Source: Eubacteriales bacterium (GTDB lineage: Bacteria; Bacillota; Clostridia; Oscillospirales; CAG-272). From it: a DNA stretch of 64,000 nucleotides. This document shows, one piece after another, positions 56,319 to 62,970 of the stretch (position 1 is the stretch's first letter; each line of letters opens with the position of its first letter). The stretch spans positions 677 to 64,676 of the forward strand of contig JAZRGA010000066.1 in NCBI GenBank assembly GCA_045643945.1, written 5' to 3'. A program made the translations under genes and the position numbers. The notes beneath the pieces are model-generated. The model was not told where the DNA came from and searched no databases. It was given only the letters and a program-made list of their open reading frames with translations.

Positions 56319-57173
56319 TTACTCGCCCCCCTTTGAAAAGAGATTACAGCTTTCCTCGCGCTTATGCCGCTCAAAATCTCCGTACATTCTACCGCGTGAC
56401 ATAGCCTCGTCGAAATCTATTTCATAGCCGTTAAAATCAGGACCGTCGACGCATGCAAACTTTGTAACACGTTTACCGTCGACGTTGAGAGTGAGTCTGC
56501 AACCGCCGCACATTCCCGTACCGTCTATCATTATAGGATTCATCGAAACGGTAACGGGTACGCCAAACGGCTTTGCCGTCGCTACAACAAATTTCATCAT
56601 AATAAGCGGTCCTATGGTAATTATCATATCAAAGCGCTCACCCGCCTCAAGCATTTCCTTAAGCGGAGCAGTGACGTTTCCTTTCTCTCCGTAAGAGCCG
56701 TCGTCCGTCATAATTCTAAGAGTATTCGAGCAAGCTTTGAACTCGTCCTCGAGTATAAGAAGCTCTTTATTTCTAAATCCAATAATACTTGTAACGTTAG
56801 CACCCATAGAAAAAAGCGCCTCGGCAATCGGCATAGCGATAGCGCAACCAACGCCTCCGCCGACGATGCAGACCTTCTTAAGTCCGTCAAGATGGGTAGC
56901 CACTCCGAGAGGACCTGCAAAATCCTCGATATAATCGCCCGCCTCCTTATAAGAAAGCTTTTGCGTTGTAGCACCGACTATTTGATAAATAATTTTAACC
57001 GTTCCCTTTTCTTTATCAACTCCCGCAACGGTAAGAGGAATACGCTCCCCCTCCTTGTCAACACGAAGAATGATAAACTGACCGGGACGCGCTTTATTTG
57101 CAACGAGCGGAGCTTCTATTTGAAGCTGAACAACCGTCTGATTTAATATTCTTTTATCAACTATTCTATACAT
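56319..57173 (-). CDS. Ferredoxin-NADP reductase-like FAD/2Fe-2S subunit (NfnA/SudB type)
   Basis: RPGQFIILRV FAD motif, GGGVGCA, and a C-terminal GTGMCGGCRL...C cluster. The ATG at 57173 is preceded by ACGGAG. Confidence 0.85.
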   Translation of the reverse strand: MYRIVDKRILNQTVVQLQIEAPLVANKARPGQFIILRVDKEGERIPLTVAGVDKEKGTVKIIYQIVGATTQKLSYKEAGDYIEDFAGPLGVATHLDGLKKVCIVGGGVGCAIAMPIAEALFSMGANVTSIIGFRNKELLILEDEFKACSNTLRIMTDDGSYGEKGNVTAPLKEMLEAGERFDMIITIGPLIMMKFVVATAKPFGVPVTVSMNPIMIDGTGMCGGCRLTLNVDGKRVTKFACVDGPDFNGYEIDFDEAMSRGRMYGDFERHKREESCNLFSKGGE

Positions 57174-57239
57174 TCTGTTCTCCGTTTTAAAAAAGTACGG
57201 CAGATAATGCAACCGACTCTTTTATTTAAGTTAACCCTT

Positions 57240-57268
57240 ATTATACCACAAAATCAAAAATAAATCAA
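57240..57268 (-). promoter_or_regulatory. Sigma-A type promoter (extended -10) of the nfnAB-like operon
   Basis: Minus strand reads TTGATT (57268..57263), 17 nt ending in TGG, TATAAT (57245..57240). Confidence 0.55.
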
Positions 57269-57303
57269 TATTTTATAGAAAATATATCCGAAAAGCGACG
57301 AAA

Positions 57304-57329
57304 AGGCTAACGATTTTACCCATTAGCCT
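57304..57329 (-). terminator. Terminator after the XRE-family gene
   Basis: Stem AGGCTAA/TTAGCCT, followed on the minus strand by TTTTCG. Confidence 0.5.
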
Positions 57330-57349
57330 AAATTTTGAATTAAGAAATA

Positions 57350-57964
57350 TTATTTATTTTTTGAAATAACCTTTTTCTGCCAGCTTCTCTTATTACATTC
57401 AGGACATTTCAAATATCTCGTTCTACCCATATGCATAGCCATAAATACACTGCTATATTTTGGAACGTAGCGATTTCCGCATTTCTCGCACTCGTAATAC
57501 CCTGCCATCTGCTCTATTCTTATCATAAACGGAACAAGCACCAAACAGGGGATAAATCCGATAATAATAAGCACTATCCTAAGCCAATCGTCAATTGGCG
57601 CATAAGCAGCAAGCACGCAAAGACCAAGCATTAACGATATGCTTACAATACCCATAACAATTTCAATTTTAAGCAAGCGTCTGTCCGCAATTTCCTTTTC
57701 CTTTACTATTTCAAGCAAATGCTTTTCCATTTCTTCATTGTATTTTTCCATAATTAAAACCTCTCCACAAAGTAAATCGTTTACCGTTATATCCAATATC
57801 TCACACAATTCGAGCATAATGGACGAATCGGGCAAGGAGCGTCCGTTCTCCCATTTCGATACCGCCCTGTCGGTTATATTAAGCTTTTCCGCCAATTGCG
57901 CTTGCGTGAGATTTTTTATTTTTCTGCGCTCGGCGATAAATCTTCCGATTTTTATCTGGTCCAT
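57350..57964 (-). CDS. XRE-family HTH regulator fused to TM helices and a C-terminal CxxC...CxxC zinc ribbon
   Basis: HTH IGRFIAERRKIKNLTQAQLAEKLNITDRAVSKWENG, two hydrophobic helices, then CEKCGNRY...CPECNKR. The ATG at 57964 follows AGGTGG; the track start at 57976 is a GTG. Confidence 0.85.
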   Translation of the reverse strand: MDQIKIGRFIAERRKIKNLTQAQLAEKLNITDRAVSKWENGRSLPDSSIMLELCEILDITVNDLLCGEVLIMEKYNEEMEKHLLEIVKEKEIADRRLLKIEIVMGIVSISLMLGLCVLAAYAPIDDWLRIVLIIIGFIPCLVLVPFMIRIEQMAGYYECEKCGNRYVPKYSSVFMAMHMGRTRYLKCPECNKRSWQKKVISKNK

Positions 57965-58020
57965 ATTCTCACCCACCTTTCACAATAAATATACAGCAAT
58001 TTATCAAAAAATGCAACACA

Positions 58021-58052
58021 CCGTTGGTTGAGTGAAGATTTCAACCGTCGGT
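58021..58052. promoter_or_regulatory. Imperfect inverted repeat in the divergent XRE/deaminase control region (candidate operator)
   Basis: CCGTTGGTTGA-N9-TTCAACCGTCGG. Sits just upstream of a candidate minus-strand promoter (TTGCAT-17-TATATT). Confidence 0.35.
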
Positions 58053-58122
58053 AGAGCGTAATAATTATAATATTTTACTTATTATATCACAAAATATTAG
58101 AAAAGTAAATAGCGAGGCGATA

Positions 58123-58151
58123 TTGAAAATTTTACTAAGCTATGATATAAT
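58123..58151 (+). promoter_or_regulatory. Sigma-A type promoter of the deaminase-like gene
   Basis: TTGAAA (58123..58128), 17 nt, TATAAT (58146..58151). Confidence 0.55.
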
Positions 58152-58191
58152 CTAATCAATGAATAAAAATCTGCGAGGGTGAAATAGCAAA

Positions 58192-58602
58192 ATGAAAAGA
58201 TATGAATTAAACGATGCCGACAAAAATCTGATAACGCTCGGGCTTGAGGTTTTAAAAAGCAACTTCGACGATGGAGTTTACAATCACACCGTTGGATGCG
58301 CAATTCTCTGCAAAAACGGTAATATTTATAAGGGCGTAAATTGCGACGGTATTCACGGCTCTTGCGCAGAGTTTATAACTATCGGAATTGCAATATCGGC
58401 AGGCGAGCGAGAGTTCGACACAATAGTCGCAACCCACGATAAAGCGCTAAACGGAGTTGTTTCGCCCTGCGGAAACTGTCGGCAAATGCTATACGAATAT
58501 TGCCCAGATATTAAGGTAATCGTCAATGACGAAAACGGAAGCTTAATCAAGGTAAAAGCGCGCGACCTCTTACCCTTTGCTTGGGAAGCGGTAAAATGCT
58601 GA
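58192..58602 (+). CDS. Cytidine/blasticidin-S deaminase family zinc enzyme
   Basis: HGSCAE and PCGNCRQ zinc-ligand motifs. 136 aa. Confidence 0.8.
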   Translation: MKRYELNDADKNLITLGLEVLKSNFDDGVYNHTVGCAILCKNGNIYKGVNCDGIHGSCAEFITIGIAISAGEREFDTIVATHDKALNGVVSPCGNCRQMLYEYCPDIKVIVNDENGSLIKVKARDLLPFAWEAVKC

Positions 58603-58612
58603 ATATTTTTAA

Positions 58613-58649
58613 GGGACTATCTCATTTTGATTTGAGGTAGTCCCTTTTT
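58613..58649. terminator. Bidirectional terminator between deaminase-like and GNAT genes
   Basis: GGGACTA.CTC...GAG.TAGTCCC stem followed by T5. Confidence 0.65.
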
Positions 58650-58663
58650 ATATTCATTATAAT

Positions 58664-59110
58664 TTATTTATGCACATACATTCTTGACTCAAACGGCTCT
58701 CCGTCGCCTTGAGCAAGGCAAAAAAATTCCCATCCGTATTTTTCATAAAAACCGATGTGGTCGGTAAGCAAATATACGGGAGAAATGCCCTTTGCTCTCA
58801 AATCCTCGACCGCCATATCAAGCAATCTGCCCGCTATTCCCTTTTTTCGGTGATTTTCCTCTGTAAAAACCGCGCAAATATTAGGCGTCAAGTCGGGTCT
58901 GTTATGAAAATCGTTTTCAATAACTCCTAAGCCGCCAACGATTTTTTCTCCGCACAGGCAAATATACCATCCGTATTCGGTTTCGCCTCCCAAATAAGCG
59001 TCCATGCACTCAAGGTAAGCCTCAATCGGCACGCCCCACTTTTCGCTAAACCAATTTGCCGCAAGATTTTTTAAATCGCTTCTTTCTCTCAACGTAATAT
59101 ATTGATACAT
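58664..59110 (-). CDS. GNAT-family N-acetyltransferase
   Basis: HRKKGIAGRLL acetyl-CoA binding motif (Q/RxxGxG/A type). 148 aa. Confidence 0.8.
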   Translation of the reverse strand: MYQYITLRERSDLKNLAANWFSEKWGVPIEAYLECMDAYLGGETEYGWYICLCGEKIVGGLGVIENDFHNRPDLTPNICAVFTEENHRKKGIAGRLLDMAVEDLRAKGISPVYLLTDHIGFYEKYGWEFFCLAQGDGEPFESRMYVHK

Positions 59111-59132
59111 CGCTTTTCCTTTTACCCGAAAA

Positions 59133-60092
59133 TCATTTAAGTAACGCCTTCTTCACCTTTTCAAAATTCTCCTCAACCGAGTCTGCGCCGTCTAAATAAA
59201 GAATATCACACGAAAGCATTTTTTGCCACTCGTCGTGCTTTGCCTTACTGCGAATATCAAGCCCGCCCGTATCGTATTGCTTTGCCCACTCAACAAATTC
59301 GATGTATTTATTATATCTATCTCCGCCGACGTCAATGCGTGAGCCGTAGCGCTCCATTTCTCTTTGCTTTAGCCTTTCAATGCGAATCGACTGTTCAAGA
59401 ACTATTCTTACCGCCAAAGTAAATTGCGACGTCAATTCATCGCCCCAACCGACAAGCGAGCCCGAAATTACGACGTTTTCGGCTTTATCAATATCGGCTT
59501 GCATAAGCTTAACTCTTTCGCTCGGTGAACGCTTTACCGTAAATTTTTGCTCGGTCGGCATCCAATAATAATCGTCACTGTCAATATGTGTATAGCCTAA
59601 TTCCTCGCATATTTTTCTGCCGAGCGTGGTAGTCCCCGAGCCAGATGCGCCAAAGATGTGAATTATATTCTTTTTTGGCTTTTTCCCTAAAAGAAAATCG
59701 TTTGCCTCTGTTAATATTCTTTTATTATTATCAAATTGAAAAAGCTTTATAGCAGTTTCGTAATCAACCAATAAAGCCTCGGAAAGCTCTGTTTTTTGAT
59801 GAGTAAATCGTTGATTTGAATACTCACCTAAAAAATATACCACCTGCTTTAAGCATTTTTCCTTTCTCGGAAGCGAATATTCGACCACCGTTCTGAAACC
59901 GCGAAGCAGGTCTATTTTTACACCGACCTCCTCAAAAACCTCTCTTAAGGCGGTCTGCTCCTCTGTTTCGCCTGCTTCTACATGTCCCTTAGGAAAGCCG
60001 TAAGTTCCCGTCAAGCTGCGAATTAATAAATATTTTATTTTATTATTAACTCGAGTAAAAACAACCGCGCCACAGGATTTTTCCTTTATCAC
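59133..60092 (-). CDS. Nudix hydrolase fused to a P-loop (adenylate-kinase-like) domain
   Basis: Nudix box GHVEAGETEEQTALREVFEEVGV. C-terminal half has IFGASGSGTTTLG. The apparent start is a GTG, 8 nt after GAGG. Confidence 0.8.
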   Translation of the reverse strand: MIKEKSCGAVVFTRVNNKIKYLLIRSLTGTYGFPKGHVEAGETEEQTALREVFEEVGVKIDLLRGFRTVVEYSLPRKEKCLKQVVYFLGEYSNQRFTHQKTELSEALLVDYETAIKLFQFDNNKRILTEANDFLLGKKPKKNIIHIFGASGSGTTTLGRKICEELGYTHIDSDDYYWMPTEQKFTVKRSPSERVKLMQADIDKAENVVISGSLVGWGDELTSQFTLAVRIVLEQSIRIERLKQREMERYGSRIDVGGDRYNKYIEFVEWAKQYDTGGLDIRSKAKHDEWQKMLSCDILYLDGADSVEENFEKVKKALLK

Positions 60093-60119
60093 AATAAATA
60101 CCTCGCTTAAATTACAGTC

Positions 60120-60599
60120 TTAATCCTCGATTTCGGTGCGAAGCGTAAATACCTCGGGAAGATTGTGAATTTCCTTTTTCAAGAATATCGGATAAAAATA
60201 TTCATCCTTTAATCTATCAAGCGCAAGCCACTCAAAATGATGAGTTCGGTTGCCCTCCATCGAAGAAAATTGCTCGCCACGCGATAATAAGTCGGTGTCG
60301 GATATGTCCACAAGAAAATAAATGCATAGCTCATGATAGCGAAGCTTGTCTACATCCTCTGTAAAAAACGCCTGATTTAACCAAAGAGGACGAATTATTT
60401 TAGGCGTAACACCAAGCTCCTCCCCTACCTCACGAATAACGGCTGCCTCCGCAGTTTCACCCATTCCAACCCTGCCACCGGGTAAGTAATAAAACGGTGA
60501 ACGGTCGTCGCGCATAGCCAGAATTTTGCCGTTATTAATCATCATAGCGCAGACTCTGTAATTAAATTTTCCGTTTTCAACCTTAAATGAAATATCCAT
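60120..60599 (-). CDS. Nudix hydrolase
   Basis: Nudix box GGRVGMGETAEAAVIREVGEELGV. The ATG at 60599 is 5 nt after GGAGG. The track start at 60605 is a GTG inside the SD. Confidence 0.85.
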   Translation of the reverse strand: MDISFKVENGKFNYRVCAMMINNGKILAMRDDRSPFYYLPGGRVGMGETAEAAVIREVGEELGVTPKIIRPLWLNQAFFTEDVDKLRYHELCIYFLVDISDTDLLSRGEQFSSMEGNRTHHFEWLALDRLKDEYFYPIFLKKEIHNLPEVFTLRTEIED

Positions 60600-60702
60600 A
60601 CGCACCTCCGAAAATTAATTTAACAAACTGATTATAGCACAAAAAAACACAAATGTAAATAGAAAAGCAGAGTTTTTGCAAACTAAAACACCCGTAAAAC
60701 AC

Positions 60703-60730
60703 AAAAACCCCTGCCGAAACAGAGGTTTTT
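60703..60730 (-). terminator. Terminator closing cassette A (bidirectional shape)
   Basis: CCCCTG-CCGAAA-CAGAGG (one mismatch) flanked by A5 and T5. Confidence 0.55.
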
Positions 60731-60748
60731 GTATATAAAAAATATCAA

Positions 60749-60854
60749 ATTATCTATTTGAGCTTTAAGAACACTGTCACATATCGTGAGTAAGTGTTGC
60801 ACCAAAATCACACCAACATTCAACGCTGTTCTGGTCGATAAATTGGAATTGGAT
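60749..60854 (-). repeat. 3' cassette module, copy A (one TATCGTG unit plus GCACCAA/ACACCAA repeats)
   Basis: Aligns with 61379..61561: ATTATCT.TTTGAG...ATATCGTGAGTAAGTGTTGCACCAAAATCACACCAACATTCAACGCTGTTCTGGTCGATAAATTGGAAT. Abuts the stop codon at 60855. Confidence 0.8.
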
Positions 60855-61223
60855 TTACTTTTTTCTACTTTTCTTAACGTCTCTTTCTATAATGTATCGC
60901 AGTATATCTGTATCAAAATCTTGAAAAACAAATGGTTTAATCATTGATTTGGCTAATTTGGGATGTTTCGAATAATTTCTTATCGAATAAATTGATAGTG
61001 TTGGATATAAGAATGAGGCAAGAAAACACAATCCGGAAACAATAAACATCATTATTCTTGCGGCATATTCTGTTTTTTCATATAATAAAGCGAACAATAA
61101 AAAGAAAACGAAAAAAATGAAGAATAGTATAGAAGCAAAAGCTAAAGAAAACTTTACATAGTTGATATACTCTTTTTTTATATTCCCATTGAATATATCT
61201 TTTTTCATATCAAACACCTCCAT
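60855..61223 (-). CDS. Small membrane protein, 122 aa (two TM helices)
   Basis: Hydrophobic segments FSLAFASILFFIFFVFFLLFALLY and IMMFIVSGLCFLASFLY. GGAGGTG SD. AT-rich codon usage. Confidence 0.7.
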   Translation of the reverse strand: MEVFDMKKDIFNGNIKKEYINYVKFSLAFASILFFIFFVFFLLFALLYEKTEYAARIMMFIVSGLCFLASFLYPTLSIYSIRNYSKHPKLAKSMIKPFVFQDFDTDILRYIIERDVKKSRKK

Positions 61224-61230
61224 TCATCAA

Positions 61231-61290
61231 ATTCAAGTTTATCTATTAGTTGTATTATACCATAAAAACGGTGAAAAGTAAATAGGACGG
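61231..61290 (-). promoter_or_regulatory. Duplicated 60-bp promoter segment, copy 1 (drives 60855..61223)
   Basis: Identical to 62502..62561. Minus strand reads TTTACT, 17 nt ending in TGG, TATAAT (-10 at 61259..61254). Confidence 0.6.
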
Positions 61291-61318
61291 CTCATTTCTT
61301 TACAAATTGAACACAATA

Positions 61319-61349
61319 CAAAAACAGCACCCACCTGAGTGAGTGCTGT
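61319..61349 (-). terminator. Rho-independent terminator closing cassette B
   Basis: Minus strand reads ACAGCAC-TCACTCAGGTGG-GTGCTGT followed by TTTTTG. Lies downstream of the TATCGTG array. Confidence 0.65.
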
Positions 61350-61378
61350 AATTTTTGAAATAATCGCCGTAAGGCTGT

Positions 61379-61561
61379 GATTATCTCTTCGAGTTTTGAG
61401 AGTACCGTTTTATATCGTGAATATCGTAAAATATCGTGTGATATCGTGCATTTATCGTTTGATATCGTGAATATCGTGAGTATCGTCGCATAAAGTGTTG
61501 CACCAAATTTGCACCAAAATTACACCAGCATTCAACGCTGTTCTGCTCGACAAATTGGAAT
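61379..61561 (-). repeat. 3' cassette module, copy B (eight phased TATCGT units plus TTGCACCAAA repeats)
   Basis: TATCGT starts at 61413, 61422, 61432, 61442, 61453, 61463, 61472 and 61481 (spacing 9-11 bp). Then AAGTGTTGCACCAAATTTGCACCAAAATTACACCAGC. Abuts the stop codon at 61562. Confidence 0.9.
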
Positions 61562-62482
61562 TTACTGAACATTAGAGATAAGTTGTTCACTGCAGTATGG
61601 ATATGTCCAATTGTTTTGCTTTTTAAACTCTAAAACATCTTCCGCATTACATATAAAACCGTTGTATGATTCATTGGAATACATAACCATTACACCTTTT
61701 TCTTTATCATAGTTGCCGTCTTTATCGGTAATAACCCAAAGAGTTATGCTGTAAGAAGTGTATTCATCTGTCTTTTTCCAATCAGGATTATCGTGGTGTT
61801 GATGAACTCCGTATATTTCATGTAATATTTTCCCATCCGCATCCACTTGAAGAATACTATTATATCTGTGCGGAAAAGTATCCGGATTTGCCAAATTTAA
61901 TGTTTTAGAATAGTCATTTAATATTTTGTTACATTCGACCGAACTGAGGGAATATGTGTTCTTTCCCAAAGCTTTATAATCTGTGATTGGATAAGAAATA
62001 CATTTACTTTTATCTATCGGTTTATTCCAATCATTTTCTTCTTTTAACTTATCCTTGTTTTGCAAGTAGAATTCTTCTGTTTTATTCTTTAGATGATCCT
62101 CTTTAAATCCCTCATATAAGTGTTCAGACTCTATAAAGGTCAATTCATAATTCATTTCGGGATAAAAATATACGTTGCTGTCATCACAAGTTTGAGAAAT
62201 GATTAAGCAAAAAACTTGATCGCTATAATCTTCGCAATAAGAAAATAGTGTTCTGCCGTAATCATCCTGTTCCCAAATATAAATAACCGAGTCGTATGCT
62301 CCCTCACCATGATACATATATCCTTCGGCATCAGGAATGCTATAAATTGCGGTGGTATATAGTTCTTTATATTCTCCACGATACGGAAAAGGATTTTCTC
62401 TATTGAACACACATCCGGATAGCCCCAATGAACAAGTAAATAAAATAATGCTACATAACACTAAGGATAATACTTTTTTCAT
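61562..62482 (-). CDS. Hypothetical lipoprotein, 306 aa
   Basis: Signal and lipobox MKKVLSLVLCSIILFTCSLGLSGC. AAGGAGGGA SD. AT-rich codon usage. Confidence 0.8.
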   Translation of the reverse strand: MKKVLSLVLCSIILFTCSLGLSGCVFNRENPFPYRGEYKELYTTAIYSIPDAEGYMYHGEGAYDSVIYIWEQDDYGRTLFSYCEDYSDQVFCLIISQTCDDSNVYFYPEMNYELTFIESEHLYEGFKEDHLKNKTEEFYLQNKDKLKEENDWNKPIDKSKCISYPITDYKALGKNTYSLSSVECNKILNDYSKTLNLANPDTFPHRYNSILQVDADGKILHEIYGVHQHHDNPDWKKTDEYTSYSITLWVITDKDGNYDKEKGVMVMYSNESYNGFICNAEDVLEFKKQNNWTYPYCSEQLISNVQ

Positions 62483-62501
62483 TTAAATCCCTCCTTGTAA
62501 T

Positions 62502-62561
62502 ATTCAAGTTTATCTATTAGTTGTATTATACCATAAAAACGGTGAAAAGTAAATAGGACGG
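62502..62561 (-). promoter_or_regulatory. Duplicated 60-bp promoter segment, copy 2 (drives 61562..62482)
   Basis: 60 of 60 identical to 61231..61290. The -10 TATAAT is at 62530..62525 on the minus strand. Confidence 0.6.
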
Positions 62562-62570
62562 CGGAAGAAA

Positions 62571-62735
62571 ATGAATTGACGGCAAGCCGTCATGAATTGA
62601 AGCCTTGCGGCTTCATGATTTGAAATCTGCGATTTCATGAATTGAATTGCCCTGTTTCTCTAATGCCGCAGGCAATTCATGCACTGTTGTGCAATTCATG
62701 GCGTCAGCCAATTCATGCCCGCAAGGGCAATTCAT
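62571..62735. repeat. Mirror-symmetric mini-hairpin array: 4 x ATGAATTG then 4 x CAATTCAT
   Basis: Forward 8-mers at 62571, 62592, 62615 (ATGATTTG) and 62637. Reverse-complement 8-mers at 62673, 62692, 62709 and 62728. Every spacer is a distinct short hairpin. Confidence 0.85.
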
Positions 62736-62753
62736 TGTTCTCCAAGAGATAAC

Positions 62754-62809
62754 AAAAAAGGCTCTGCAGTTGCAGAACCTTTTTTGCAAGTTTCGACCAA
62801 AGGTCGAAA
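62754..62809 (-). terminator. Terminator region closing cassette C (two hairpins)
   Basis: GGCTCTGCA-GT-TGCAGAACC (one mismatch) flanked by A6 and T6 (62754..62785), plus TTTCGACC-AAA-GGTCGAAA (62791..62809). Confidence 0.6.
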
Positions 62810-62970
62810 TTATCTCTTTGAGTTTTAACAACGCCGTTTGATATCGTGAATATCGTGTAATATCGTGTGATATCGTGCATTTATCGTGTGTTTTCGTGCG
62901 ATATCGTGAATATCGTGAGTATCGTTTGATAAAGTGTTGCACCAAATTTGCACCAACTCACACCAACATA
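62808..62970 (-). repeat. 3' cassette module, copy C (nine phased TATCGT units plus TTGCACCAA repeats)
   Basis: TATCGT (one TTTCGT) starts at 62842, 62851, 62861, 62871, 62882, 62892, 62902, 62911 and 62920. Then AAGTGTTGCACCAAATTTGCACCAACTCACACCAAC. Abuts the stop codon at 62971. Confidence 0.9.

Noticed and set aside
61381-61590. Track ORF of 69 aa (minus strand) containing ...RRYSRYSRYQTINARYHTIFYDIHDIKRY...
   Set aside because: It is simply the translation of the TATCGTG/GCACCAA repeat module (RYS and HDI periodicity). It has no SD and overlaps the 3' end of the lipoprotein gene.
61411-62930. Whether the short repeat arrays could be CRISPR arrays
   Set aside because: The units are 9-11 bp and contiguous, with no 25-40 bp unique spacers. 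No cas genes are present in the window.
60749-62970. Integron-like attC sites at the cassette boundaries (GTTGAAT on the gene strand matches GTTRRRY)
   Set aside because: No paired inverse core at attC-like distance or structure was found, and there is no intI. Each cassette has its own promoter and terminator. The single 7-mer match is expected by chance.
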